Assembly (NCBI GenBank): GCA_963733835.1
Contig: CAVTER010000015.1
Coordinates: forward strand, 561,988-625,987
Direction: 5' to 3'
DNA length: 64,000 bases
Source of the DNA: an uncultured Spirochaetota bacterium
GTDB taxonomy: Bacteria; Spirochaetota; Spirochaetia; SZUA-6; Fen-1364
How positions within the stretch are numbered: position 1 is the stretch's first letter; each line of letters opens with the position of its first letter. The translations under genes and the position numbers were made by a program. Below are positions 10,668-21,659 of this stretch, in pieces. Below the pieces are notes generated by a model. That model did no database searches, had not been told where the DNA came from, and worked only from the letters and a program-made list of their open reading frames with translations.

Positions 10668-12697
10668 CTCGTACCTCCCGAATGCAGCTTGAACGGCTTG
10701 AACTCTTCCCCCGACTCCACGAAGAACTTGGAGAAGAACTCGTAGTACTCCAGCCTGACCACCTGGATGGTCACGATGAGTCCCTCGAGCAGGATGATGA
10801 TCGCGTTGCCCACGAGGATGATGGCGATGCGGCCGGCGATCCCGCCGGGGGCGCTGCCCACCATGCCGGCGAGCAGGAACACGATGCCGCTGAGAACCGT
10901 GTGCGCGAGGGCGAAGGCGGCCACGCGCAGGAAGCTCACCGAGTTGGACACGTAGTAGATCGCCGATTCCATGAGCTCGACGATCCCTTCCATCACGAAC
11001 CCGAAGACCCCGTCCTTCAGGAGCGGCCTCTTGCCGCCGGCCAGCCGGGCGATCGGCTCGCGGAAGAACAGGACCAGCAGGGGGAACGCAACGAGGGCCA
11101 CGTCCACCCCGTGCAGCCGGCCTCCGAAGACCAGCCGCACGGCGATGGACAGCACGTACCAGAAGAAGAACGCCCCCGCGAGGCCCGTCTTCGACAGCAG
11201 CGCGCGTTCCCAGTTGCGCATGCGCACGTTGTTTATCATGTTGATCACGAGGCCCACCGAGTTGATGACGGCGCCGATCGCCAGCGTGACCCCGAAGAAC
11301 AGGGTGATCTTCTGGAAACCGCCGAGCTCGATGATCCTGTCGACGGGGCGCCCGGTGAGGACCCCTGTCACCCAGCGGACCACGGGCACGAGAAGCTCCT
11401 CGTTGGCGAACACGGAGCCGTAGAGGAACCCCGAGACCATGCAGGCAATCCCCACCACCACGAACACCGTCCCGAAGTTCTTGCGCCGGTAGGTCTCGAA
11501 GGATTTCACCCGCCCGCTTCCGATGAGCAGGCCCACGACAAGGCCCACGAATCCCTGGCCCACGTCCCCGAACATGATGGCAAACAGGACCACGAACATG
11601 ACGGCGACGAAGGGGGTCGGGTCGATCGTCCCGTACAACGGCACGCTGTACGAGAAGACCATCCGCTCGAAGGAGCGCACGATGCGCCCGTGCGCGACAG
11701 ACACCGGCACCCGGGTCTTCCCCGAACGCACGTCGGGCAGCTCTTCCGGCTCGTAGGAGCGGATCGCGACACGGCCCTGGGTGATCTGCTCGAGGCCCGC
11801 CACGACTTCCTTGAACCTTCGGCGGGGGACCCAGCCGCTCACGCGCTGCACGCTTCCCGTCGCAGCCAGGCCCTGTTTGACCGCGTCGATGGACACGTCC
11901 AGGTCCAGCTCGTACAGCAGGGCGCGCACCTCCGCCTCGCGCAGGTCGCGGAAGCGCCTCTTCTCTGCGTCGATGCCGGCGAGCAGGTCGTCCACCTCGG
12001 CGAGCCTCCCCTGCACGGACGGGAGCACCTCCGCGGGAATCCCCTTCAGGTCGGCGGGAAAGGCGGCCTCCTGGAAAGCGAACTTCTTCAGCTCCGTGTC
12101 CAGCGCCCAGCGGCCCTTCTTCGGGGCGATGGCCATGAGGAAGCCGGGCCTGCCCAGCGGGACGATGAGCGCGCGCTTCTCCAGCAGGAGGCGCAGCTCC
12201 TCCATCCGTCCCGGTGCGATGGTGCCCAGCCGGAAGCTGAGGTAGGTCAGGTGCTCCAGCTCCGTGAAAGCGACCTTGAGATGCGCGAAGGCGGACAGCT
12301 CGTCGACCGTCTGCTTGAGGCTCAGCCGCTGCTGCAGCAGCTCGCCCTCCGTCCCGACCAGGTCCTTCAGCTCCTCGATCAGCGAGTTGGCCCTGTCGCG
12401 GAGGGCGTCGCGCGAGGGGGCGGGGGCCGCGGGAACGGCCGGGGCTCCCGCCCCGGTCGAGGCAGGCGGGGCCGCCTCCGTGCGCGGCCCCGGGCCGATG
12501 CCGAGGAAGCGGGCCAGGGCGTCGACCTTGCCCTTCAGGTCCGCGATCTCCCGCTCCTCGGCGGTGAGCTCGCGCTGCTCTTTCGTGTCCGCGATGAGCT
12601 GCACGCACCCGGCAAAGCCGAGGTAGCGCAGCACGTCGTCGACGTCCCGCTTCAGCACGAGGAGCTCCAGCTTCTTCATCCGCTCTGTGGAAAACAT
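10664..12697 (-). CDS. atpI: V-type ATP synthase subunit I (116 kDa a-subunit)
   Basis: 677 aa with a hydrophilic N-half and a polytopic C-half. GTGA overlap with atpK. Confidence 0.85.
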   Translation of the reverse strand: MFSTERMKKLELLVLKRDVDDVLRYLGFAGCVQLIADTKEQRELTAEEREIADLKGKVDALARFLGIGPGPRTEAAPPASTGAGAPAVPAAPAPSRDALRDRANSLIEELKDLVGTEGELLQQRLSLKQTVDELSAFAHLKVAFTELEHLTYLSFRLGTIAPGRMEELRLLLEKRALIVPLGRPGFLMAIAPKKGRWALDTELKKFAFQEAAFPADLKGIPAEVLPSVQGRLAEVDDLLAGIDAEKRRFRDLREAEVRALLYELDLDVSIDAVKQGLAATGSVQRVSGWVPRRRFKEVVAGLEQITQGRVAIRSYEPEELPDVRSGKTRVPVSVAHGRIVRSFERMVFSYSVPLYGTIDPTPFVAVMFVVLFAIMFGDVGQGFVGLVVGLLIGSGRVKSFETYRRKNFGTVFVVVGIACMVSGFLYGSVFANEELLVPVVRWVTGVLTGRPVDRIIELGGFQKITLFFGVTLAIGAVINSVGLVINMINNVRMRNWERALLSKTGLAGAFFFWYVLSIAVRLVFGGRLHGVDVALVAFPLLVLFFREPIARLAGGKRPLLKDGVFGFVMEGIVELMESAIYYVSNSVSFLRVAAFALAHTVLSGIVFLLAGMVGSAPGGIAGRIAIILVGNAIIILLEGLIVTIQVVRLEYYEFFSKFFVESGEEFKPFKLHSGGTR

Positions 12698-12698
12698 C

Positions 12699-13739
12699 TC
12701 ACTGCGCTCCCACGAGGGCGAGGACGTCCTGCTCGCTCACGGAGAGCCGCAGCGCCTCGACGGCGGTGTTCAGGAAGGCGACCTCGTATTTCTTGAGCTT
12801 GAAGAACGCCACCAGGGGGGTCAGCGTGAAAGGATCCTGGTGGAACAGGTGGTGGGCCTTCGCGTACAGCCGACGCGTCGCCTTCTGCTCGGCACGGACC
12901 GGGTCCGGCGCCTTGAACGACTCGCTGAGCTGGTCCTCCACCAGCCAGCCGAAGCGCCACTTCCGCCAGCCCTCGATAGAGTCGGCGGGTATGTCGAAAG
13001 CCTGCTCCACGGCGCGACGGTCCGCGTCCAGGAGACCCGGCACGAGCAGCTCGCGCGCCTTCTCGGCGTCAAGGCCGAAGGCAAAACGCAGCCGCAGCGC
13101 CCAGACGGCGTCGGCCAGCGCGATCTCCATCCCCACGAGGCGCGATACACCCGCACGGTCTTTCCGAGGCAGCGCCCGGGTGAGCTCGAGAAGGCGGCGG
13201 TAGTACTGCTGGTCGATCATGTTCTCGACCCTGGCAGCCGGGGTCGTGGCGAGGAGCGGGACAACCCACGCGTAGGGGGTTGCCTCCAGGGCCTCCACGG
13301 ACCCGATAGACGCGAAGTCCACGGTGCCGTAGCGGCCGAGGTCCGGGGCAAGGGCCCCGACCTGCCCGCCGCGGGGACCGGACGAGGCAGCCATCGGCTG
13401 CCCCTCCCCGACCCGCGGAAGGGCCGCGGTCCGCAGGAGCGATTTCACGCCCTGGTACTCGAAGGAGCGCAGGATGTGCACCAGGATCTCCGGCGGGTCG
13501 CCGAGGCTGTCCAGGACGTAGGTCATGGAGGCGATCCCTGCCTGCGCGACGCGCGTCTCCAGGTCGGCCGTGAGCTGGTGCTCGGGCTTCTCCGCCCTCT
13601 CGCCGGGGAACAGCCTGTCGTACAGGTCCTGGACCTTGCGCAGGCGCAGGATGTCGCGGAAATTGGCGCCCACGTAGGTGCGGGCGAGCATCCCGTAGAT
13701 CTTCGCGAGGATGAAGGAATAGCGGAAAGTGCGGATCAT
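12699..13739 (-). CDS. atpC: V-type ATP synthase subunit C (V0 d-like)
   Basis: 346 aa with similarity pattern to the V-ATPase C/AC39 family. Confidence 0.7.
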   Translation of the reverse strand: MIRTFRYSFILAKIYGMLARTYVGANFRDILRLRKVQDLYDRLFPGERAEKPEHQLTADLETRVAQAGIASMTYVLDSLGDPPEILVHILRSFEYQGVKSLLRTAALPRVGEGQPMAASSGPRGGQVGALAPDLGRYGTVDFASIGSVEALEATPYAWVVPLLATTPAARVENMIDQQYYRRLLELTRALPRKDRAGVSRLVGMEIALADAVWALRLRFAFGLDAEKARELLVPGLLDADRRAVEQAFDIPADSIEGWRKWRFGWLVEDQLSESFKAPDPVRAEQKATRRLYAKAHHLFHQDPFTLTPLVAFFKLKKYEVAFLNTAVEALRLSVSEQDVLALVGAQ

Positions 13740-14041
13740 CGAAGGCCCTTGTCGACGAAATCCATCACGACCCGTCGAAGGGCCTCCCTGTCCCGGGGCC
13801 GGGATGACAGGCTCTCCCGGAAAGCGCGGTTCTTCTCGTCCCGCTCGGCCGCGATCCTTTCCCTCTCGGCTGCCACGCGGGCCGCCGCCTCGGTCGCGGC
13901 CGTCTTCAGCGCCTCGCCGTGGCGGACCTGCGCGTCGGCCTGCGCGGCTGCGCGGCGGCGCCCCGCCTCGGTCTCCGCGCTGGCCACCAGCACCGATGCG
14001 TCTTTCTCGACGCCCAGAAGCCTCTCGAGGATGTCGGACAT
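13736..14041 (-). CDS. V-type ATPase small coiled-coil subunit (G/H-like)
   Basis: 101 aa Ala/Arg/Glu-rich coiled coil, first gene of the operon. Confidence 0.5.
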   Translation of the reverse strand: MSDILERLLGVEKDASVLVASAETEAGRRRAAAQADAQVRHGEALKTAATEAAARVAAERERIAAERDEKNRAFRESLSSRPRDREALRRVVMDFVDKGLR

Positions 14042-14051
14042 GGCCCCTCCC

Positions 14052-14534
14052 CTACGCGTCCTGGGAGTCCAGGACCTCCTCGAAGGAGCGGATGACCTTG
14101 CTGACCTTGTCCGGCCCGTCGGCCTTCATGACCTGCCCGTAGAAATCGGGGCTCTCGACCAGCAGGGCGATCTTCTTCAGCACGGCCAGATGCGACCCCG
14201 CATCTTCCTCGGAGCTCACCAGGAGGAACAGCAGGTGCACGGGCTCCCCGTCCAGGCTCTCGTAGTCGATGCCCTGCGGCGAGATGCCGAGCACGCCGAT
14301 CACCCCCTTCGTGAAGGGCGTCTTGGCGTGCGGTATCGCGATGCCCCTCTTGATGCCTGTCGACATCTTCTCTTCCCGGCGGCGGATCGCCTCCAGGATG
14401 GCGTCGCGGCTGTCGAGTCCGTACTGCGACACCAGCAGGTCGACCAGCTCCTCGAAGACCTCCGCCTTGTCCTCCGCCTCCAGGCGGCACTTGATGCGGG
14501 AGGGGGCAAAGAGGTCCTGGAGCCGCAGGGCCAC
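14052..14534 (-). CDS. ptsN: PTS EIIA (fructose/nitrogen type, PtsN-like) regulatory protein
   Basis: 160 aa. EIIA-2 fold with the conserved His region (GIAIPHAKT). Confidence 0.65.
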   Translation of the reverse strand: MALRLQDLFAPSRIKCRLEAEDKAEVFEELVDLLVSQYGLDSRDAILEAIRRREEKMSTGIKRGIAIPHAKTPFTKGVIGVLGISPQGIDYESLDGEPVHLLFLLVSSEEDAGSHLAVLKKIALLVESPDFYGQVMKADGPDKVSKVIRSFEEVLDSQDA

Positions 14535-14909
14535 TTACTGGCCTCCGGCCTGCTGCGCCGGCTCGGGCTGGGGGGCCTGCTCTGCCGCCGGAGCAGGGGT
14601 CTGCACCCACCAGTCCTGGCTCGTCGTCGTCTGCAGCTGCTGTTCACGCGCCTTGCCGATGACGTTGCCGGACTCGGGAGTACGGTTCAGCCATGCGAGC
14701 ACGAACGCGCACACCAGGAACACGGCGGCGAGCCCTGCCGTGAGCCGCGTGAGCACGTTCCCCGCCCGCGAGCCGAACGGCGTCGTGCTGCCGCCGCCGA
14801 AGATGCCCCCGACACCCTCCCCGCTCTCGTCCTGGATCAGCACCAGGAGCACGAGGAGCACCGCGCTCAGCACCAGCGCGACGAGAATCACGATTGCGAT
14901 CGCAGACAT
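14535..14909 (-). CDS. secG: Preprotein translocase subunit SecG
   Basis: 124 aa. Two TM segments and a Gly-rich loop (GGIFGGGSTTPFGS), in the classic pgk-tpiA-secG context. Confidence 0.8.
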   Translation of the reverse strand: MSAIAIVILVALVLSAVLLVLLVLIQDESGEGVGGIFGGGSTTPFGSRAGNVLTRLTAGLAAVFLVCAFVLAWLNRTPESGNVIGKAREQQLQTTTSQDWWVQTPAPAAEQAPQPEPAQQAGGQ

Positions 14910-14924
14910 TGCTGCCGTCCCCCC

Positions 14925-15680
14925 TTAGCGGTCGTACTGCACGATGGGCAGGAAGGTCTCGGCCTTGAGCGAGGCTCCCCCGACCAGCGCACCGTCGATA
15001 TTCTTCATCTTCATAAGGTCACGGATGTTGTCCGGCTTCACCGACCCGCCGTACTGGATTGTCGTCTCCTCGGCCGCGGTGCCGTGGAAGAGCCTGCGCA
15101 GGACGCCGCGGATCTCCGCGTGCACCGCGTCCGCGTCGCCCGGCGTGGCGTTCTTGCCCGTCCCGATCGCCCACACCGGCTCGTAAGCGATGGTGACACG
15201 GGCGAGGTCGGCGGCTGCCACCCCTGCCAGTCCCTGCGTCACCTGGGTCTCCACCACCCGGGCCGTGACACCGGCCTGGCGCTCGTCCAGCGTCTCGCCC
15301 ACGCACAGGATAACCTCGAAGCCCTCCGCCAGCGCGAGGCGCACCTTCCTGTTGACGAGGGCGTCGGTCTCCCCGTAGACGTGGCGGCGCTCGGAGTGCC
15401 CGAGGATGACCACCGTCACCCCGGCGTCGCGCAGCATCCGAAGCGAGATCTCACCCGTGTGGGCGCCCTCCAGCTCCGCGGCCGCGTTCTGCGCGCCCAG
15501 GAGGATCCGCGAGCCCTCCAGCGCCCTGCGCACTGCATGCAGCGCCGTGAAGGGCGGGGCGAGCATGACCTTCCTGTCCGTCTCGCCCACGAGGGCCGCC
15601 GCGAGCCGGCCGGCGAGATCGGCGGCCTCCGCCGCCGTCTTGTACATCTTCCAGTTGCCTGCGATATACGGGCGTCTCAT
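14925..15680 (-). CDS. tpiA: Triosephosphate isomerase
   Basis: IAGNWKMY N-terminus, catalytic motifs (GHSERR, AYEPVWAIGTG). Start verified at 15680. Confidence 0.92.
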   Translation of the reverse strand: MRRPYIAGNWKMYKTAAEAADLAGRLAAALVGETDRKVMLAPPFTALHAVRRALEGSRILLGAQNAAAELEGAHTGEISLRMLRDAGVTVVILGHSERRHVYGETDALVNRKVRLALAEGFEVILCVGETLDERQAGVTARVVETQVTQGLAGVAAADLARVTIAYEPVWAIGTGKNATPGDADAVHAEIRGVLRRLFHGTAAEETTIQYGGSVKPDNIRDLMKMKNIDGALVGGASLKAETFLPIVQYDR

Positions 15681-15687
15681 CTGCGGC

Positions 15688-16869
15688 CTACTTCTCCTGC
15701 AGCGCCGCGACGCCGGGCAGCTGCTTGCCCTCCAGGAGCTCCAGGGAGGCGCCGCCACCGGTGGACACGTGCGTGATCTTCGCGGCAAGGCCGAACTGGT
15801 TCACGGCGGCCACCGAGTCCCCGCCGCCGACCACCGTCGTGCCCCTGCAGTCGGACACGGCCTTCGCCACGTCCTGCGTCCCCTTCGCGAAGCCCGGGAA
15901 CTCGAACACGCCCATGGGCCCGTTCCACACCACGGTCTTCGCCTTCAGGATCCTGTCGCGGAACAGGGACACGGACTTCGGCCCGATGTCCATGGCGACC
16001 TTGCCCTCGGGCACCGCGGCGGAGTCCACTGGCTCGGGGGTCGCGGTCTCGGCGAATTGCGCCGCCACCACGTGGTCGACCGGAAGGAGCACTTCGACCT
16101 TCGCCTCCTTCGCCCTGGAGAGGAACGCCGAGGCCGTTGCACTGAGCTCTTCCTCCACCAGGGACTTGCCCACGGCGATGCCCTGGACCTTGAGGAAGGT
16201 GTACGCCATGCCTCCCCCGATGATCATGGTGGTCACCCGGGGCAGAAGAGACTCGAGCACGGCGATCTTGGTGGAGACCTTCGCACCGCCGATGACGGCG
16301 ACGAACGGCTTTGCCGGGTTCTCGAACACCCCGCCGAGGAACTTGATTTCCTTTTCCATCAGGAAGCCGGCCACGCCGGGCAGGATGCGCGCCACACCCT
16401 CCGTGGACGCGTGGGCCCTGTGGGCCGTGCCGAAAGCGTCGTTGACGTACACGTCTCCCAGGGCGGCAAGTGACTTCGCGAACTGCGGCTCGTTCTTCTC
16501 CTCCTCGGGGTGAAAGCGCACGTTCTCGAGGAGCACCACGTCCCCCGCCTTCATCGCCTTCACGACAGCCTCGGCGGCGGGGCCGACGCAGTCGGGCGCG
16601 AGGGTCACGGTCCTTCCCAGGAGCTGGCCGAGCCTCTCGGCCACGGGGGCGAGGCTGTTCTCCTTGTCCGGCTTCTTCGGCCTTCCGAGGTGGCTCATGA
16701 GGATGAGCGAGGCGCCCTTCTGGTCGAGGATATAGCGCAGAGTGGGAAGCGCCGCGGTGATCCTCGTGTCGTCGGTGATCTTCCCCTCCTTGAGGGGAAC
16801 GTTGAAGTCGACGCGGACGAGCACCTTCTTGTTCTTCAGGTCGATGTCGCGGACAGTCTTTTTCGCCAT
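15688..16869 (-). CDS. pgk: Phosphoglycerate kinase
   Basis: Conserved PGK blocks ([20 protein letters not shown]). Start verified at 16869. Confidence 0.92.
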   Translation of the reverse strand: MAKKTVRDIDLKNKKVLVRVDFNVPLKEGKITDDTRITAALPTLRYILDQKGASLILMSHLGRPKKPDKENSLAPVAERLGQLLGRTVTLAPDCVGPAAEAVVKAMKAGDVVLLENVRFHPEEEKNEPQFAKSLAALGDVYVNDAFGTAHRAHASTEGVARILPGVAGFLMEKEIKFLGGVFENPAKPFVAVIGGAKVSTKIAVLESLLPRVTTMIIGGGMAYTFLKVQGIAVGKSLVEEELSATASAFLSRAKEAKVEVLLPVDHVVAAQFAETATPEPVDSAAVPEGKVAMDIGPKSVSLFRDRILKAKTVVWNGPMGVFEFPGFAKGTQDVAKAVSDCRGTTVVGGGDSVAAVNQFGLAAKITHVSTGGGASLELLEGKQLPGVAALQEK

Positions 16870-16992
16870 GCCCTTGCTCCTTCTTCGGGGTGTGTGACGA
16901 GGGGTGAGACCGCCCGCCAATGTACGGAAAAGGCCCCCCCGTGTCAACAGTTCGCGGGGACGGCGGCGGCCCGGCAGGGAGGAGGCGCGACC

Positions 16993-18991
16993 TCAGCTTC
17001 GCGGTGGGCGACGGGTCACGGCGCTCCACACGCGTGCGAGAAGTCCTGCCGGGGCGGGGGTTGCCGCCGTCGCGGGGGCTGTCGTCGGCAGGTCGAAGAG
17101 GACCTGGTCGGACACGTTCACCGTGTCGAACCAGCCCTTGCGCGTGAGAGTCCCCTCTGCGACGCCCTCGTCAACCGCGGTGAGCTCGACCTGGCCCAGC
17201 ACGTCGCCCGGCTCCCAGGCAAGTGCAATCCCCGTGTTGGAGAGCTTCACGCCGCCCTTGCGAACGACCAGGAGGGTATCGCCCTTTTTCATGCCCTGGA
17301 AGCTTCCCAGGTCGACAAGGCCCCGGTCCACCTCCCGCGCGATGAGCGTGCCGCGGACGGGAAGGCGGGCCGCGATGTCAGCGCAGACACGGAGGAACGA
17401 ATCCCGCACCCTGTCGTTGCCCGTGCGAAAGACGGCGAAGCGGGCAACGCGGACCCCCGTGCGGGCCAGGTGCAGGTCCGCGACGGCCGAGAAGCTGCGC
17501 TCGCTCTCCTCGAGCCCGAGCACCACGAACCAGTCCGACCCCGATCCCCGTGCGGCGCGGAAGGCCTGGTCGAAGCCGGCCGCGAGCCTGCTCGCGTCGG
17601 GCACGGAGACCGAGTCGACGCGCGAGAGCATCGCCGCGAACAGCCGGGCGAGGTCTTCGTCGGCCGAGGGATGGAGCAGCCGGTTGGCGGCGGGGATCGT
17701 GAACACGGGCACCGCGTAGCGCGCGCGGGGGAGGTTGTACTGGTCGTAGCCCCAGGAGATGGAGAGACGGTCGGCGAGCAGGCTCGAGAGGGCCTCGATC
17801 TCGTCGGACACCCGGGCGTCAGCCGACCCCAGCGAGGCGATCACCTTCAGCTCGCTCAGGTACTTGGCGGGGAAGCCCATCGCGTGGAACACGCCGGCGT
17901 ACGCCTTGCGGGCCTCCGCCCCCGTCGGGTCGAGGATCAGCGCCCTGCGGTATTCCGCCAGGGCCTGCTCGGTGGCATTGCGGCTCTCGAGGAGGCGGCC
18001 CTGCTGCACGTGGAAGGCCGCGGCCCTTCGCCGGGCCGGATCGTCGAGCTTGAGCGATTCCAGGACCGTGTTCTCCTGGCCCAGCCTGCACAGCTCGTCG
18101 CCGGGGCTTGCCGTCACGCCGCTCGCGAACGCCGCGATGGCCCGGGCAGGGTCCCCCGCCGCCCGGTAGGCCTGGCCCAGCGTGTACCAGGCCCTTGCGT
18201 CGTCCCTTTCGACGGCGACCACTTCGCGGAGCACCGCCGCGGCGTCGGCGGGGGCACCCCTGCGAAGAAGTATCCCGCCCAGGGCGACGCGGGCCCGGGT
18301 CATGGTCGGGGCCAGCGACAGCGCCGTGCGCGCGTGCGCCTCGGCCGCCTCCAGCCTCCCCCTGCCCGGCTTCCCACGCTGCGGCGGCCAGCCTCACCTC
18401 CGGGTCGGAGGGGTGGCTGCGCAGGGCGAGCTCGTAGGAGCGTGACGCACCCGCGGCGTCCCCTGTCGACTCGGAGAGCAGTGCCTGGGAGAGAAGCGCC
18501 GTGCGGCTCTCGGGAGCCAGGCGGAGGGTCCGCGCGTACTGCGCGAGGGCGCTTTTCGCCTTGCCCTCCGCGATGTCGCACTCCGCGAGGGCGAGCCTCG
18601 CCTCCAGGTCGTTGGGCAGCTGTTCGAGCACGGGCTGCAGGCGCCTGCGCGCATCCGCGGGCCTGCCCAGTCCGATCAGCGCTCGGGCCTGCAGAACGGC
18701 AAGCGCCGTGCTGGCACGGTCGTACTTCAGTGCTTCGCTCACCCAGCGCAGGGCCTCGTCGTACTCCTCCATCAGGAAGAAGCTCTCGGCCAGGCCCGCC
18801 ATGGGCTCGAGGTACGCCGGGTTGGCCTCGAGGGCGGCGATGTAGCTCTCCACCGCGAGGGGATAGTCCTCCGCGGCCTGGGCGGCGGCGCCCGCCCGGT
18901 AGAGGGTGCGCGCGTCCGCCGCGAAAAGTCCGGTCATGCCCGCCATCAGCACGGCAAATGCCGCGATCGCCCGCCTGCAGTTCGTGCTCAT
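16993..18991 (-). CDS. Secreted TPR-repeat protein; frameshift near 18330
   Basis: Signal peptide MSTNCRRAIAAFAVLMAG at 18991 (stop-start adjacent to ybeY). TPR repeats run across ORFs 17819-19561 and 16993-18303 in two frames. Confidence 0.55.
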
Positions 18992-19437
18992 CCGATGATC
19001 CGCTCCCCTCCCAGCTCCCGCGCGAGCGCGGCCTGGCGCCGCGCCATGGCGCGGCCCTTTCCCTTCCCGTGGTCCATTCCCGCAAGGTGCAGGATTCCGT
19101 GGATCGCGAGCCGCTTCAGCTCCTCGTCCAGGGTCACGCCCCAGGCAGCGGCGTTGCGGGCCAGGGTCTCGAGCGAGATGGCCAGGTCCCCCGCCAGGCG
19201 GCCAGGCTCCTCGCGGGAAAAGGAAAGAACGTCCGTGGGCTTGTCCAGGCCCCTGTAGCGGGCGTTCAGCTCGGTCATGCGCGCATCCCCGCAGAGGAGC
19301 ACCGACAGCTCCCAGGGGCCCTCCGCCGTCTTCTCCAGCACCGCCTGGCAGAACCGGGCGAACCGCGGCGTCCACCTCGGCCTGCGCACGCCCTGGACGA
19401 CGACCTCCACGCTCCCGCGGCGCGGCGCCGGTGTCAC
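18988..19437 (-). CDS. ybeY: rRNA maturation endoribonuclease YbeY
   Basis: HGILHLAGMDH metal-binding motif, 149 aa. Confidence 0.88.
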   Translation of the reverse strand: MTPAPRRGSVEVVVQGVRRPRWTPRFARFCQAVLEKTAEGPWELSVLLCGDARMTELNARYRGLDKPTDVLSFSREEPGRLAGDLAISLETLARNAAAWGVTLDEELKRLAIHGILHLAGMDHGKGKGRAMARRQAALARELGGERIIG

Positions 19438-21659
19438 TGGGGCATCCTCCGCTCCCTGCGCACCCGCGGGTACTCGATGCGGGTGTGGAAGTAGCCCTCC
19501 AGGATGTGCACGAAGCTGCGGCGGATCGCCTCCAGGTCGCGCAGCGTGAGGCTGCTCTCACCCAGCTCGCCGGTTGTGAACTTGTCCATGATGATCTGCT
19601 GCACGTCCCGCTCCAGGCGGGCCTCGGTGGGGCGCTTCAGCGTGCGCGTGGCTGCCTCCACTGCGTCTGCCAGCATCAGGACGGCCGCCTCGCGCGTGCG
19701 TGGGCGCACGCCGGGGTACGAGTAGTCGTCGCGCGAGAGGCGTGGATTCTTCCCCTCCGTCACGGCGCGGTGGTAGAAGTAGGTGATCAGGCCGCGGCCA
19801 TGGTGCTGGGCGATGATGTCGACGATGGCCTGGGGCAGCTTCAGGTCGCGTGCCTTCTCGATGCCGATGCGCACGTGGCTCTTGATCACCGCCGCCGACA
19901 GGCTGGGCTTCATCTCGTCGTGCCTGTTGAAGGCCTTCTGGTTCTCGATGAAGTAGTCGGCCTGGTCGATCTTGCCGATGTCGTGGTAGTACGCGCTCAC
20001 CCGGGCGAGCAGCGCGTTGGCGCCGATGGCCTCGCAGGCCGTCTCGGCGAGGTTCGCCACGCTGATGGAATGCGTGTAGGTGCCCGGCGCCTGCGAGAGC
20101 ATGCGCTTGAAGATCGGCGAGTTCAGGTCCGACAGCTCCATGAGCTTGAACCGGGTCGGCGCGTTCAGAAGCTCCTCGAAGATGGGCAGGAACCCGAGGG
20201 TGAGGATGCCGCAGAGAAAACCGTTGGCCGCGCTCCACGCGGCCGCCTGCAGGACGTGCCCCGGCTCCAGGTTGCCCAGCAGGCCCAGCACGACGAGGAT
20301 GAGCGCATCCAGGACGGCGAGGATCGCCCCCGCGCGCACCAGGTCGATCCTGCGCTCGGCTCCCAGCACCACCGCGGTCCCGGCCACCCCGCTCAGGAAC
20401 GCGAAGAGGAACGCGGTGACGCTCATGCCGCTCAGCAGGAGCATGGCGAGGGACGAGACGAGGCTGAAGGCGATGCCCACCGGCGTGGAGACCAGGATGG
20501 CGACGAGCATGGCCATCGCGCTGGTCGGCACCAGCACCGACACGGGCAGCCACCGCCCCCACGGTGCCAGGCGGGAGGCCAGCGCGCTCAGCGCGACATG
20601 GGCAAGCACCATGCCGAGGATCAGGAGCACCTGCCCGTGACGGGCGCCGATGGGCTGCGGCGCCAGGAGGACCAGGTACAGCCCGACGGCGAAGATGCCC
20701 AGCAGCAGGAGCGCGCTGCCGGCCATGCCGTTCAGGTCGACGGTCATCGAGTACTCGCTGAGGGCGCGGATCTTCTGCGCCGCGGCCTCGGTGACGATGT
20801 CACCCCGGCGCACCAGCACCTGCCCCTTCACCAGCTTCTCGGTGACCGGCTCCACCTCGGCGCGGGCGCGGTTGCGCTGCACACGTGTGTTCGGCGAGTC
20901 GTACCAGGCGTTCTCGACGGCGAATCCGACGGCGAGGCCGGCGAGCAGCCGGGCATCTGCCTCGGAGGCGCCCTCCGCGCGCCCCTGCCCCTGCAGCCGC
21001 TCGAGCAGGTTCTCCAGCGACAGCACGCCCGGGAGTGGGGCCTCCCGCTTCTCGACCTGGCCGTCGCGGGCGCGCCACACCTCGATCGCCCCGGCGGCGC
21101 GGGCCTCTTCACGGTGCCCCGTCAGGTCGACCACTCCCTGGGCGAGCGCCTGCTCCAGCATCACGCGCGCCCTGTCCAGCAGCCGCGCGCGGTCGGCCGC
21201 GCCCAGGAGCCGCCGCAGGTCGGCCTCGGGGACCCTCTCGGGGAAGTCGAGCTGGACACGCAGGATGATCCTGTCCACGGAGGTCCCCTGGGCGGCAAGC
21301 CGCTGCAGGGCCAGGGCGAACCTGTCGAACCTCTCCAGCGCGTCGGCGGCGATTGATTCGTTCAGGGCGAACACGGGGGGAACGAGCCTCTCGCGCGTCT
21401 CGCGCCGGATCTCCGTTGCATGCTCGTCCACCCAGGAGAAGTCCCGCCCGACGACGTAGTCCTTGTCCGCCACGTCCCCGGCAGGAAAGGTCTCGGGATT
21501 CGAGCGCAGTGACAGGCTGGGCAGCTGCGTCGAGGCGATGATGACAGCCAGTCCTGCCGCGAAGGTGACGGCCACGGCGGTGGCGGCCCGCTTCTGCAGG
21601 CGCACAGCCTGCCACGCCCGGGTCGCCGCCGCCCAGGCGCGGAGCTTTCTACTCCTCAT
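19434..21659 (-). CDS. 7TM receptor with intracellular HD hydrolase domain (7TMR-HD, HDIG)
   Basis: Polytopic N-half plus C-terminal HD domain (YYHDIGK…QHHG), in the conserved phoH-7TMHD-ybeY arrangement. Confidence 0.8.
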   Translation of the reverse strand: MRSRKLRAWAAATRAWQAVRLQKRAATAVAVTFAAGLAVIIASTQLPSLSLRSNPETFPAGDVADKDYVVGRDFSWVDEHATEIRRETRERLVPPVFALNESIAADALERFDRFALALQRLAAQGTSVDRIILRVQLDFPERVPEADLRRLLGAADRARLLDRARVMLEQALAQGVVDLTGHREEARAAGAIEVWRARDGQVEKREAPLPGVLSLENLLERLQGQGRAEGASEADARLLAGLAVGFAVENAWYDSPNTRVQRNRARAEVEPVTEKLVKGQVLVRRGDIVTEAAAQKIRALSEYSMTVDLNGMAGSALLLLGIFAVGLYLVLLAPQPIGARHGQVLLILGMVLAHVALSALASRLAPWGRWLPVSVLVPTSAMAMLVAILVSTPVGIAFSLVSSLAMLLLSGMSVTAFLFAFLSGVAGTAVVLGAERRIDLVRAGAILAVLDALILVVLGLLGNLEPGHVLQAAAWSAANGFLCGILTLGFLPIFEELLNAPTRFKLMELSDLNSPIFKRMLSQAPGTYTHSISVANLAETACEAIGANALLARVSAYYHDIGKIDQADYFIENQKAFNRHDEMKPSLSAAVIKSHVRIGIEKARDLKLPQAIVDIIAQHHGRGLITYFYHRAVTEGKNPRLSRDDYSYPGVRPRTREAAVLMLADAVEAATRTLKRPTEARLERDVQQIIMDKFTTGELGESSLTLRDLEAIRRSFVHILEGYFHTRIEYPRVRRERRMPQ

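Noticed and set aside
19434-21659. The 7TM-HD membrane phosphohydrolase, considered as a novel signalling receptor
   Set aside because: It is the well-known conserved middle gene of the phoH-(7TMR-HD)-ybeY ribosome-quality-control cluster found in most bacteria. Nothing here looks unusual.
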